From a virus (taxonomy: Duplodnaviria; Caudoviricetes): a stretch of DNA of 64,000 nt. The position numbers and the translations under genes were made by a program. The stretch spans positions 32,001 to 96,000 of the IMG/VR virus record IMGVR_UViG_3300020576_003530. One strand, 5' to 3'. The notes beneath the pieces are model-generated. The model saw nothing but the letters and a program-made list of their open reading frames with translations, ran no database searches and had not been told where the DNA came from. Positions 36,887 to 46,735 of this stretch are shown here, in pieces. The stretch's first letter is position 1, and every line of letters starts with the position of its first letter.

Positions 36887-37384
36887 ATGTCCTACCGCTT
36901 TGACAATAGAGATAAAGATACCTTCAAGAAAGATATCAAGGATTGCTCCAAGATTGAGCGTCTCTTGATTAATAGATATGTAGCCCAACTAAACAACAAG
37001 CTGGGTAAATCTGTCTTTACCTATGTCAATCACGGCGTAGGTAACGATGGAAAGTTTCTCGAGAGCAATAAGGTCAACACTAATGCTGACTACATGCTGT
37101 TTAAGAATGGTAAGAATCCACGTAAAATTGAGATCAAATTCTCAAGGAAAACTGGCAAACTATTCAGACTGAAAGTTAGTCAAATAGAATCCTACATTAA
37201 ACAGCAGGCTATTGTGATCGTGTTTAACGGGATCGAGGAAGAGACAACGACTTTTACAGTCCTGACGCCTGACGACCTGTCCAACATCATGATTCTGTAT
37301 AAGACGGTCCCTTGTTTCCTTTGGGGCGATAAGTTAGTCAAAGAGGTTCCGGTCAGCGATTTTAACTGGGAAGTACTAGATTGA
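36887..37384 (+). CDS. putative PD-(D/E)XK nuclease-fold protein
   Basis: E...ADY...IEIK pattern. Confidence 0.5.
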   Translation: MSYRFDNRDKDTFKKDIKDCSKIERLLINRYVAQLNNKLGKSVFTYVNHGVGNDGKFLESNKVNTNADYMLFKNGKNPRKIEIKFSRKTGKLFRLKVSQIESYIKQQAIVIVFNGIEEETTTFTVLTPDDLSNIMILYKTVPCFLWGDKLVKEVPVSDFNWEVLD

Positions 37385-38901
37385 AGTATGACGATGTAAA
37401 AACTTGGAAACTGTATCAGACTGGACAGACTGTTGGAGTCTTCCAGTGTGAATCCGTCCTTGTTCAACACTGGCTCAAGAAAATTCGCCCCACCAATTTG
37501 TGGGAGTTGTCCGCAGTCATCGCTATTGTTCGTCCTGGTGCCCTTCAATCTGGCTTTGCTGATACTTACGTTAATAATCGTAACAATCCAGCTAATGTAG
37601 AGAAGTTTGGTAACTCAATTGTTGACAACATTTTGGGCAACACTAATTTCACGCTTCTCTACCAAGAATCCCTTATGCTTTTGGGTGAAAAACTTGCTTG
37701 GCCCCATCTGGATGAAAAAACTCGTAAGGTAAAGGCAGACGATCTTCGTAAGGCTGTAGGTAAGAAAGATCAGTCCAAGATTCTGGCCATCGGCAAGGAA
37801 TTTTCCGATGGTTGCCGTCTTAACGGCGTTCCTGAGGATATGATTACCAAGTTGTTTGAGGTAATCAAAAATTGTGGTCGGTATCTGTTCAATCTCAGTC
37901 ATAGCTTTTCTTATGCGTACGTTTCCTACGAGACTGCCTACCTCAAAGCCCACCATCCATTAGAGTTCTTTGAGACCACACTCAATTACAGCTTTGAGAA
38001 GCCCGATCCGGAGGAAGAGAAAAATAGACTAATTCAGGATGCCAAAAAGTGGCAAATCAAGACTGTACTGCCCAATTTCAACCTGTCCAACTATGACTTC
38101 GTTGGCGATCAGAATGTACTGTACTATGGGCTGGGCCACATTAAATTCTTTGGCGAGTCCTATAGGAAGATGTTAGAAACTAAGCCACAGGTCAATAGCC
38201 TATTAGATCTACTCCGTCTTGGCTTCACCACCCACTATGGTCAAGCCATTCGAAGTAACACTTTTAAGGCACTCATCCTTGCGGGTGCTTTTGACTATCT
38301 CGGCTATGATAGACAACAACTAAGTCACTTAGTAACCACGCTGGATATTCTCAGTCCCAAAGAGCTTTCCCACTTTGTTGAAAATGCTAGCAATAAAATC
38401 GAAGAGTTGCCAGCACTTCTCAATTACATTGCTGTTGAGGTTTCGGTCAAGAAACGTAAAAACCTTCTTACAAGTGAGTCTCAAATCCTCGAGAAGAATC
38501 TCAAGCATACGTCTAAGCCCGGCTGGATTGAAGAGCAGGAAAGAAACTATCTGGGATGTATTATTTCGGCCTCTGCTTCTGAAAAGTTCGAAAAGTACTC
38601 CAGCCATCGCTGTCTTGACATCATGCAGTTTGTGCCCCAACAAAAGATTAAGGGAACACTTATTGCTGTCATCGATAAGGTAAACATCAGGAAGGTCAGC
38701 AAAGGCAAGAATGTCGGACAGACTTGGGCCACCATCGATGTTCACGATTCTACCGGACAGGTCGAAAAACTATGTGTATTCAACACTACCTTTGAGGAAT
38801 GTTCTAACGCGATCGCCGAAAATAACGTCGTTCAAATCATGTTCGAACACAATGATCGAGGCATATCGGCCAAATCTATTACTACTTTAGAAACTGTTTA
38901 A
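37381..38901 (+). CDS. dnaE: DNA polymerase III alpha, C-terminal half (fingers, HhH, OB)
   Basis: GVFQCES, A..RPG, YQE, LRKAVGKK, Y.FN.SH...Y, YLKAH.P.EF, GL..IK and AGAFD; TTG start in a TTGA overlap. Confidence 0.9.
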   Translation: MKYDDVKTWKLYQTGQTVGVFQCESVLVQHWLKKIRPTNLWELSAVIAIVRPGALQSGFADTYVNNRNNPANVEKFGNSIVDNILGNTNFTLLYQESLMLLGEKLAWPHLDEKTRKVKADDLRKAVGKKDQSKILAIGKEFSDGCRLNGVPEDMITKLFEVIKNCGRYLFNLSHSFSYAYVSYETAYLKAHHPLEFFETTLNYSFEKPDPEEEKNRLIQDAKKWQIKTVLPNFNLSNYDFVGDQNVLYYGLGHIKFFGESYRKMLETKPQVNSLLDLLRLGFTTHYGQAIRSNTFKALILAGAFDYLGYDRQQLSHLVTTLDILSPKELSHFVENASNKIEELPALLNYIAVEVSVKKRKNLLTSESQILEKNLKHTSKPGWIEEQERNYLGCIISASASEKFEKYSSHRCLDIMQFVPQQKIKGTLIAVIDKVNIRKVSKGKNVGQTWATIDVHDSTGQVEKLCVFNTTFEECSNAIAENNVVQIMFEHNDRGISAKSITTLETV

Positions 38902-38949
38902 GTAAGACAACTCAGACAACATCAATTCTACTAACCCCTATCTCTTACA

Positions 38950-39423
38950 ATGAAACATGGATTGCGTGACATCCTCGAAGCAACAAAATACTACATTAAA
39001 TATGATTATGTAGATATTGGCAAATCAATTGTAGAAGTCTGTTTGGACGAAAACAGTCAAATTAAGTATGAAATTAAGACGGACGGTAACAGCCTAGAAA
39101 ACTCATTCGATAACAAAGTTCGTACATATCCCTCATACTATTTGCCGACCGCCATCGAAATCTTACTAAAGACGATTTGCGAGCACTATAAGTATCCTCG
39201 CTCATTTGTATTGAAATCGGTCGATGGCAATAAGATTAATAAGACCATTTGTAACTTGCAGGCCGAAGATGATGAAAAGGCCACCCTCCTATTAGATCTA
39301 TATGAGGAGATCAATCGTCAGGGACTCAAAAAAGAGCACTTAGATATTGCCCGCCTAGCAGGTATCGAGGACGGTTTTCGACTTCTCATCAAAGAATTGC
39401 TACAAATTGACTATGTTAACTGA
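38950..39423 (+). CDS. hypothetical protein
   Basis: ORF upstream of the sigma factor. Confidence 0.55.
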   Translation: MKHGLRDILEATKYYIKYDYVDIGKSIVEVCLDENSQIKYEIKTDGNSLENSFDNKVRTYPSYYLPTAIEILLKTICEHYKYPRSFVLKSVDGNKINKTICNLQAEDDEKATLLLDLYEEINRQGLKKEHLDIARLAGIEDGFRLLIKELLQIDYVN

Positions 39424-39949
39424 GCAAGAAATTCTGAACCACTGCGGCTATATTATGAATATGGCTCAAAAGTATGCTGAAAGTAGGAAGATTTCTCCTA
39501 CCGGCCAACGCATCAACGACCTATTTCAATCTGCCGTTTTGGCAGTCTTACAGGAAAAAGATAAGTATGACTCGTCCAGAGGGGCTATTTCTACCTGGAT
39601 TAGTTGTGTAGCCTACAGGGCTATTGATAACGAAGCAATAAAAATGAAGCAATCACTGTCGTATTCTCCAGATACATACCATAAAAAGGTTAAGTTGAAT
39701 CCGGAAATGTTGAGAAAAAATCTCGATATTTCTAAAGTAACCGTCATTAGTAAAGAGAACGCATACAATAATATCGAGGAATATCTGCCTGATCTCGACG
39801 AGCAAGAGCGATCAATTATCAATCTGCTCCGACAAGGTGAGTCCTACAAGGATATTCAAGTCAGACTTAACATCAAGCGGGCAAAGTTCGACCGCCGTCT
39901 AAAGATACTCTTCGAAAAAATCCGCCTAGCCAATGACGACCAACTATAA
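39413..39949 (+). CDS. sigma70-family sigma factor
   Basis: Region 2 (DLFQ......KYD.SRG..STW) and region 4 HTH (L.E.ER.II.L...G.SYKDI...L). Confidence 0.8.
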   Translation: MLTEQEILNHCGYIMNMAQKYAESRKISPTGQRINDLFQSAVLAVLQEKDKYDSSRGAISTWISCVAYRAIDNEAIKMKQSLSYSPDTYHKKVKLNPEMLRKNLDISKVTVISKENAYNNIEEYLPDLDEQERSIINLLRQGESYKDIQVRLNIKRAKFDRRLKILFEKIRLANDDQL

Positions 39950-41609
39950 AAAACGTATCCTCTTTGTGAACGAGTTCAGTAAGCTGGCCACAGGTTTTTC
40001 TACTTACGGCTATGAACTAATTAGTAGAGTATATCAAACGGGCGAGTTTGAGATCTGTGAATACGCTTCCTATCTCGATCCGACCAATCCTCTTCAATAT
40101 GAAGTTCCATGGGATGTAGTGCCAGTAATTCCGCATCCTAACGATCATGCCGCCATGAAGGAATACAACTCGGTTAAAGATGCCCAGTTTGGGTCTCTTA
40201 AATTTGCTGATGTTTGTATGAAGTTTAAGCCGGATTTTGTGTTTGATTTACGCGACCGATGGATGGCATCAGAATGGGAAGAAAAACATCCGTTCCGCCC
40301 CTACTTCAAATATATCTATATGCCCTGCATTGATGGCGAACCTCAGAAGCCCGAGTGGATTGAGTCCTATCGTAAAGCCGACGTGAGGACTTCCTACTCT
40401 GAGTGGGCTGCCAACATCATGCGGAATGCAGGAATGAGCGTTGAGGCTATTACTTATCCTGGGTCAAACCCTGATGTGTTTAAGCCCGTCAGTAAGACTG
40501 ACAAAGAGGATATCAGATCTCGCTTAGGCTTTCCGCCCGACGCCTTCATCATTCAAACGGTTATGAGAAATCAGCCGCGTAAGTTGTATCCAGACTTACT
40601 GCGTACATTTAAGCGGTTTCTCCAAGTTTGTCAGGAGAGCGGCCGTAACGAGATTGCCGATAAGACCTTCCTCCACCTTCATACCTATCTAAACGATGTG
40701 GGGTTTGACATTGCGGCTGAAATTCAAAGATATCATCTTGGCCACAAAGTCTTGCTTACCTACCAAGATATGGAGACTAAGCAGTATGAGGTCTCTTTCT
40801 ATAAGGGGATTCATCCTACATTCCTTCGAAGTGGAAAAAAGCCAGTCTCCATTACCCCCAACACTGGTGGTGGCCTCGACAAGACTCAGCTTGCCGAGCT
40901 AATGGGCGTGGCCGATCTGTATGTCCAGTACAGTGTGGCTGGTGCTTGTGAAATGCCAATCATTGATGCCAAGTCATGCGGAATCCCCGTCATGGCTCCT
41001 GCCTATGCTGCAATGGCTGAGCAGATGATTGATGGGGGTGGAATTCCTCTTAAAGTTGCTCGATTCTATCAGGAAGGTCGTAACGAGACTAGCCAGCGTC
41101 GGGCTCTACCCGATGAAGAATATGCGGCCCAAGCAATCTACAAGTTTTTCAATGCCCCTCAGACTTATCGTGATGAATTAGGGGAGCAAGCTCGTCGATG
41201 CGTCCTGTCCAAATATACTTGGGATGGCTGTGCGGACAAATGGTTGAAGATTTTCAGAGAGACTGACATTCTTGATAGAAATCTTACCTGGGATTCTCCT
41301 GCCTTTATCCATCAGCCCAACTTAGACATCCCCTCAGTAATGAGTGATGAACACTTTGTCGAATTGGCCTACCAGCATATTGTTGGTCGTCCGTGGGTCT
41401 TGTCTTGGGAGACCAAGCGTGGCATTGTAAACCTGCTCAAAATTGGTACTTGGAATCAGAATGGCAAGGAAGTACCATTTAACCGTACAGTCTTAGTACA
41501 ACAATTGATCGGTCTCAATACAAACATTAATCAACTTGAAGTGGCTCGAGCCAATCATGGGAAGCCGCAAAAACGCCCAGATAACTCTGTTGGATTTATT
41601 TCTATATGA
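39933..41609 (+). CDS. GT4-family glycosyltransferase
   Basis: GT-B pattern: TGF..YG, PG....F.P, RNQPRK, and ADLYV..S....EMP..DA..CG.PV. Confidence 0.85.
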   Translation: MTTNYKKRILFVNEFSKLATGFSTYGYELISRVYQTGEFEICEYASYLDPTNPLQYEVPWDVVPVIPHPNDHAAMKEYNSVKDAQFGSLKFADVCMKFKPDFVFDLRDRWMASEWEEKHPFRPYFKYIYMPCIDGEPQKPEWIESYRKADVRTSYSEWAANIMRNAGMSVEAITYPGSNPDVFKPVSKTDKEDIRSRLGFPPDAFIIQTVMRNQPRKLYPDLLRTFKRFLQVCQESGRNEIADKTFLHLHTYLNDVGFDIAAEIQRYHLGHKVLLTYQDMETKQYEVSFYKGIHPTFLRSGKKPVSITPNTGGGLDKTQLAELMGVADLYVQYSVAGACEMPIIDAKSCGIPVMAPAYAAMAEQMIDGGGIPLKVARFYQEGRNETSQRRALPDEEYAAQAIYKFFNAPQTYRDELGEQARRCVLSKYTWDGCADKWLKIFRETDILDRNLTWDSPAFIHQPNLDIPSVMSDEHFVELAYQHIVGRPWVLSWETKRGIVNLLKIGTWNQNGKEVPFNRTVLVQQLIGLNTNINQLEVARANHGKPQKRPDNSVGFISI

Positions 41610-42721
41610 AAATTGCCTATACAGCACCCTTCTCCGATGGAACCGGCTATAGTCATGCGGCTATTGCTGCGTTTGAGGCCCTCCATACTACTGGTGTAGA
41701 CATTGTAGCCTTAGATGTTAAGCTCAATACTAATAAGCATGAATTGCCAGATAGTCTCAATAAGGCACTATTAAACAGTAAAGATGGCGTGACCCACGTT
41801 ATCCATCACACTGTTCCTGAGTACTTTTACTGGAAAAACGGCGTTACCAATATCGGTTTCTTCTACTGTGAGACCAGTAATTTTATCGCCTCGAATTGGC
41901 AATTTCACTGTAATCTGATGGAAAGAGTAGTTGTCTCAAGCCAACATAACTATCAGGCCTGTTTAGCCAGCGATGTGGAAGAGTCTAAGATGAGAATTCT
42001 TCCCTATAGTTGTGAGCCGTCGAAATATGAGGAAAAGACTGAAAGTCTAAACCTCCCATTAAAGAATAAATATGTATTCTACACAATCGGCGATTTTAGT
42101 GTCCGCAAGAACATTATCGACATCATTAAAGCATACTATGTGGCATTTACCAAGAAGGACAATGTAGTACTGGTCCTTAAGACCTTCATTGGTGGCAAGT
42201 CACCCCAAGAGGCCGTCACTCTCATTGGTGACGCAATTAATAAGTTGCGGCAAAATATGAGGTTGCACCTCACCGATAATTATCCTGAGGTCATGATTGT
42301 GCCCGAAATTGTGGACGATCGACAGATTGCGGCCCTACACGCTGCGGGCGATTGTTACATTTCTATCGAACGTGGCAATGGTTGGTGTATTCCGTTGTTT
42401 GATGCCTGTTGCTTTGGCAAGTCTGTCATTACTACCGATAATGGGTCCCATATGGACTATATTAACAAGTATAAGGGACGCGGCGGCGATGTTCAGTTAA
42501 TTCCCTCATACGAGGATTTAGTACTGGGCATGGACGATCACCCATTTACTAACCTATATACTTCCCGCGAGACTTGGTATCGTCCGGACGTCTTAAGACT
42601 GATTGAGGCGATGAAGTTGGCATATGTGATGCCGCAAAAATCAGACAATGCTGGCATGGAATTTGCAGAAATTTATTCCCACTCAAAGATTGGCCCACTA
42701 TGGCAAAATATTTTAACGTAA
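41606..42721 (+). CDS. GT4-family glycosyltransferase
   Basis: GYS.A, FYTIG....RKN and DCY.S..RG.GW..P.FDA...GK.VI. Confidence 0.85.
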   Translation: MKIAYTAPFSDGTGYSHAAIAAFEALHTTGVDIVALDVKLNTNKHELPDSLNKALLNSKDGVTHVIHHTVPEYFYWKNGVTNIGFFYCETSNFIASNWQFHCNLMERVVVSSQHNYQACLASDVEESKMRILPYSCEPSKYEEKTESLNLPLKNKYVFYTIGDFSVRKNIIDIIKAYYVAFTKKDNVVLVLKTFIGGKSPQEAVTLIGDAINKLRQNMRLHLTDNYPEVMIVPEIVDDRQIAALHAAGDCYISIERGNGWCIPLFDACCFGKSVITTDNGSHMDYINKYKGRGGDVQLIPSYEDLVLGMDDHPFTNLYTSRETWYRPDVLRLIEAMKLAYVMPQKSDNAGMEFAEIYSHSKIGPLWQNILT

Positions 42722-43044
42722 ATTGGCAAAACGGATGGGTTGAAATCTTTAATGTTTTGATTTGTTTGCCTCGATTTAATCGAGCGTTAACCGAACAACG
42801 TAGAAAGATTGATACCATCCTCGGCAATCTAACACTTGCTAAAGAATTGCTGAACGAACAGAATAGTAATAATCCTAACGTTCATCGTATTTCCGACCAA
42901 AAACTCATCGACGATCTCTCAGTAATCATTACTAATTCACTCTCTAGATCCCCCTATGCTCTCACCACATCGTTCCGCACTTTCAAAAATCAATCGTTCC
43001 GATCAGACTGGTCCTCTCAAGATTCTCACATTACCCACACATGA
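42700..43044 (+). CDS. hypothetical protein
   Basis: Fills the gap between two GTs; overlaps the next gene by ~89 nt. Confidence 0.4.
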   Translation: MAKYFNVNWQNGWVEIFNVLICLPRFNRALTEQRRKIDTILGNLTLAKELLNEQNSNNPNVHRISDQKLIDDLSVIITNSLSRSPYALTTSFRTFKNQSFRSDWSSQDSHITHT

Positions 43045-43939
43045 AGGGTATGCGGAAAACCTGAGTAAAACCGGCCACGAGTTTCATATGATTCAGGGTC
43101 CCGGCATTAAGACTTGGGACCATCATACAAGAAAGTTGCCCCACAATCATTTTATCTATCTGATTGATAATAATCAGTTTAGAGGCGAGACACAGTTTGA
43201 TCTATTTCTCGCTCAAGAACGCCACGCTGGCTATGGCATAGGCAAACAGATTAAAGAACGGTATAACATCCCTTTAATCATGATCGATCATACTGAGCCT
43301 CCGCCCAACAAAAAGATTGCCAAAATCCTCTCTGAGTATCGAGCAGATGCACACGTTTTTATTACCGCTCACAATCAGTCCACATGGGGACACACAGATG
43401 CAACCTCGACGGTCATTCCCCATGGAATCAATACGGACGTATTCGCTGGGTATGAGGGAATCGTTCCTCGTGGAATCTCCTGTGTGAATCAATTTGCCAC
43501 CCGTGATGTATTTTGTGGTTGGAATCTATGGAACCAGATTAAGCAAACCGTTCCGCTCGATCTAATTGGCGATAATCCCGGCTTGTCGGACTCTATTAAC
43601 CAGTCAGATAAATTGGCTGCTAAACTCGCCTCTTATCGCTTCTTCCTGAATACTTCACAGTTAAGCCCCTGTCCGCTTTCCCTATTGGAAGCCATGGCTG
43701 TCGGCCTTCCCATCGTGAGTACTGCCAAACAGGAAATCCCAAACATTATTACCCACGGGGTAAATGGGTTTTTATCAAATGAGCCAGAAGAGTTAGTAAA
43801 ATACTGTAACCTACTCATTGCCGATCCTGTTTTGGCCCGCACTATGGGTGCTGCCGCCCGTCAAACCATTCTAGATCGTTTCAGTATATCCTCTTTCGTT
43901 CAGTCTTGGAATAAAGTCTTCTACTCGGCGATTAACTAA
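42956..43939 (+). CDS. GT4-family glycosyltransferase
   Basis: IPHGI..D.F, LLEAMAVGLPIVS and I.HG.NGF. Confidence 0.88.
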   Translation: MLSPHRSALSKINRSDQTGPLKILTLPTHEGYAENLSKTGHEFHMIQGPGIKTWDHHTRKLPHNHFIYLIDNNQFRGETQFDLFLAQERHAGYGIGKQIKERYNIPLIMIDHTEPPPNKKIAKILSEYRADAHVFITAHNQSTWGHTDATSTVIPHGINTDVFAGYEGIVPRGISCVNQFATRDVFCGWNLWNQIKQTVPLDLIGDNPGLSDSINQSDKLAAKLASYRFFLNTSQLSPCPLSLLEAMAVGLPIVSTAKQEIPNIITHGVNGFLSNEPEELVKYCNLLIADPVLARTMGAAARQTILDRFSISSFVQSWNKVFYSAIN

Positions 43940-44112
43940 TGAATACACTACAAAAAAATTACGTCCTCATGAAGGAATTTTTAGACTACTTGGCTAATCT
44001 TTCCGAAAACGACCCCTATACTTATGAGAACGAAGAAGCTTTAGCTAACATTTCTACTCAGGCCTCTGAATTACTACGGGAAATCAACAAAAATGAAAAA
44101 AGTAAAACTTAA
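43939..44112 (+). CDS. 57-aa hypothetical protein (not in the ORF track)
   Basis: TAATG coupling; MNTLQKNYVLMKEFLDYL...EKSKT*, translated by hand. Confidence 0.45.
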   Translation: MNTLQKNYVLMKEFLDYLANLSENDPYTYENEEALANISTQASELLREINKNEKSKT

Positions 44113-44578
44113 TTTAGGGTGTGGTTCAGATGTCCGCCTTGGCTACATTAACGTGGATGTCCGACCTGGCGATCACATTATGCAGGCCAACGCGTTTGAG
44201 ATCACTCAGGATAATCAGACAGTCGAAGTAGAAGAGATTATTGCTCTGAATTTGATCCAATATGCTGGATTAGGCCAGTTAGGTGCTATTCTTAAAAATT
44301 GGACCGATATCTTGCTTCCTGAGGGAACCATTACTATTCAGGCCCCCGATTACGAGTTGGTCATGAATCACGTTGTAACTGGCCGCTTGAATATCCATCA
44401 GGCTAACGAACTCTTATTTGGGTCTGACATCGGTTATCGAGGTTGTTATAATCTAGGGACAATTGCTCTAACTCTGGAAGATCTTCAAATGGAAATCTTA
44501 GAAAAGACCTACGTTGGATATGAAATGTTTATTAGAGCACGTAAGAAAGCAGTCGCTTCGATCGGAACTCCCTCCTAA
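44093..44578 (+). CDS. class I SAM-dependent methyltransferase
   Basis: LNLGCG, YINVD and L.P.G...I..PD. Confidence 0.82.
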   Translation: MKKVKLNLGCGSDVRLGYINVDVRPGDHIMQANAFEITQDNQTVEVEEIIALNLIQYAGLGQLGAILKNWTDILLPEGTITIQAPDYELVMNHVVTGRLNIHQANELLFGSDIGYRGCYNLGTIALTLEDLQMEILEKTYVGYEMFIRARKKAVASIGTPS

Positions 44579-45297
44579 TGGATGCAAGTAAATTACCCTT
44601 CAAAGTTTCGGTTATTATTCCCAACTACAATCAGGGAAGATTTGTCGAAGAGGCAGTCCAATCCGTCCTTTCTCAGGACTATCTTAACAAAGAAATCGTC
44701 ATTGTGGACGATGCCTCGACGGATGATTCGGTAGAAGTGATTGAGGAAATGTTAGCCCGCCTTAACAATCCGACAATTACGTTTATTAAACGTCCCATCA
44801 ATGGCGGTACCGCTGCCACTCGTAATGAGGGAATTAAACACTCGAAGGCTCCAATTCTAGCCTTTCTTGATGCTGACGACTTCTATCTGCCTAACAAGAT
44901 TTCCTACTCAGTTGGTAAATTGGTTCAAAAGAATGGTATCGGGGTTGTTTATTCTGACTACTATACTAAGAATGAGCAGACTGGTCAAACATATCGAGAA
45001 ATTAAATCCCCCTTTCGCTTTGACCATCTTCTTTCCTACTGCATGGTCTCAACCAATAGCGTTGTCCATCGTGCAGTCTTTGATAAGTTAGGGCTTTTTA
45101 ATGAATCTATTAGAGGAATGGAGGACTATGAGTTCTGGCTTCGTGCTGCTACGCAATATATGTTACTTCATATCCCGCTCCCATTATTCGTTTATCGTAA
45201 TCATGGAGCAAACAAGACAGAAACAACCAATCGGACTGCGTGGCTCAAAGAGGAACAGTCTATGAAGCAAGCTTTTGCGGAGAAATATCTTGTCTAA
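44578..45297 (+). CDS. GT2-family glycosyltransferase
   Basis: VSVIIPNYN, VDDASTD, RNEG, FLDADD and EDYEFWLR. Confidence 0.92.
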   Translation: MDASKLPFKVSVIIPNYNQGRFVEEAVQSVLSQDYLNKEIVIVDDASTDDSVEVIEEMLARLNNPTITFIKRPINGGTAATRNEGIKHSKAPILAFLDADDFYLPNKISYSVGKLVQKNGIGVVYSDYYTKNEQTGQTYREIKSPFRFDHLLSYCMVSTNSVVHRAVFDKLGLFNESIRGMEDYEFWLRAATQYMLLHIPLPLFVYRNHGANKTETTNRTAWLKEEQSMKQAFAEKYLV

Positions 45298-45886
45298 GAC
45301 TACTCAGGGTACTACAATTAAGGAAAAGATTGGTCAGGCTGTTCAGTCTGGCTTCTTTCAGGACGATTTGACTACTATCACTCCGATCGCTTTCCTTCTT
45401 GATAATGCGGTTTCCAGTCAGGCATTCTTTAATCTTGCGACCAATATCGGTCCTCTAAGCGTTTCCAATCACAGATATGAATATTCCATCTATATTGACT
45501 CTCTATCAAGACTTAATCCTCCGATATGGCCATCTCTTGCAATTTATGAGCACGGAGAATTTCATAATTTTAACGGTCATGGCATTGCAACTAGCGTCGA
45601 AACTCTCCGAATTTTAGCTCATTCTAACTGTAAATACAAGTATTTTTACGTGTATGATATAGTAGAGTTGATGGGTAATTTGAATGAGGAAACACGGAGT
45701 CTGCTGGACGGCATCACCATCTTTACCCGCACAAAAGAGTATTCCGACTTTTTGAATTCAAAGGGCGTAAAAGCTATACTATCTACGGCGATTGATTTTA
45801 TTCACGAGCCCATCGCGGGAATTATTGCAGAACGAGTTAAAGCGGACGAGTCTAAAGGAAAAGGAAGAAATGGCAAAGGCAAGTAG
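45275..45886 (+). CDS. hypothetical protein (start uncertain)
   Basis: ORF downstream of the GT2 gene. Confidence 0.5.
   Translation: MRRNILSKTTQGTTIKEKIGQAVQSGFFQDDLTTITPIAFLLDNAVSSQAFFNLATNIGPLSVSNHRYEYSIYIDSLSRLNPPIWPSLAIYEHGEFHNFNGHGIATSVETLRILAHSNCKYKYFYVYDIVELMGNLNEETRSLLDGITIFTRTKEYSDFLNSKGVKAILSTAIDFIHEPIAGIIAERVKADESKGKGRNGKGK
45752..45780 (+). promoter_or_regulatory. sigma70-like promoter of the annealase-SSB pair
   Basis: TTGAAT-N17-TATACT; shares AAAGCTATACT with the Ubl promoter. Confidence 0.65.
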
Positions 45887-46724
45887 TAAGAAAGTGGAAA
45901 AGTCTGAGAAGTCGGAAAAGGCGGTTGCAGTAGTCGAAGTGTCTCCTACTGATATTCCCGGCCAACTGGTCATTGAGGTCGATAACAAAGCTATTACTGA
46001 ACCAGTAAAAGGTGAGGTTATTGCAGATCCAGCACCCGCTCCTACACGCCCCGCTCGTACCTCTCTGGCTTGGAGCGATTATGTAATGAGTCAGTTTGAT
46101 AAGTCTGAACTTATTAATGGGTCGCCCACAACTGACGGACTGCGTCGAGTCTTCGAGCAGGAAATTGGCAACATCTATTCCTGTCATATGACCTCAGTAG
46201 AAACTCCTAACAATCAGAATCAGTATCGAGCAACCGTTCATTGTGAAATGAAGTATGCCGATATCGAGAAGGATCTAATTCTCGAGGTCTCAGACTTGGC
46301 CGATTGTTTTCCCGGCAACACCAAGACCCCATATGTCCTGTATGCGACTGCGACCGCAGCAACCATGGCTGAGTCTAGATGTCTAAGAAAGGGGTTGAGA
46401 CTCACTCGAGTAATTTCCGCCGAAGAGGCGATGTCGGCTGATAAGGAAACTCAAGAGGCCTATCTGCAGGATCATATTACCAATACTGAAAGTAATAAGG
46501 CCCAGCGAAACGTCATCTTGACGCTTCTCAATAAGACTGGCATCGATGGAGAGAAACTGTTCCAACTGCTGGTCAAGGAAGAGAAGATTTCGCCCTCAGT
46601 TTCCCTTGAGGCTTTTGACGCCCTCTCCTACAAAGATGCTCAAACGATCGTACAAATCCTAAACAAGTTCCATCAAAAGCTAGAGGACGGCGGAGTTGCT
46701 GTGCCTGATGCTCTACTGAAATAA
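45870..46724 (+). CDS. Rad52-superfamily-like single-strand annealing protein
   Basis: GLRRV....G, beta strands, then A.A.T.AE.R.LRK.L helix and AEE; upstream of the SSB. Confidence 0.55.
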   Translation: MAKASSKKVEKSEKSEKAVAVVEVSPTDIPGQLVIEVDNKAITEPVKGEVIADPAPAPTRPARTSLAWSDYVMSQFDKSELINGSPTTDGLRRVFEQEIGNIYSCHMTSVETPNNQNQYRATVHCEMKYADIEKDLILEVSDLADCFPGNTKTPYVLYATATAATMAESRCLRKGLRLTRVISAEEAMSADKETQEAYLQDHITNTESNKAQRNVILTLLNKTGIDGEKLFQLLVKEEKISPSVSLEAFDALSYKDAQTIVQILNKFHQKLEDGGVAVPDALLK

Positions 46725-46735
46725 GAAAGGTTCTC

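Noticed and set aside
35826-37381. Split intein or group I intron in dnaE
   Set aside because: There are no intein terminal motifs, and the interval holds three ordinary co-oriented genes rather than a recognisable intron core.
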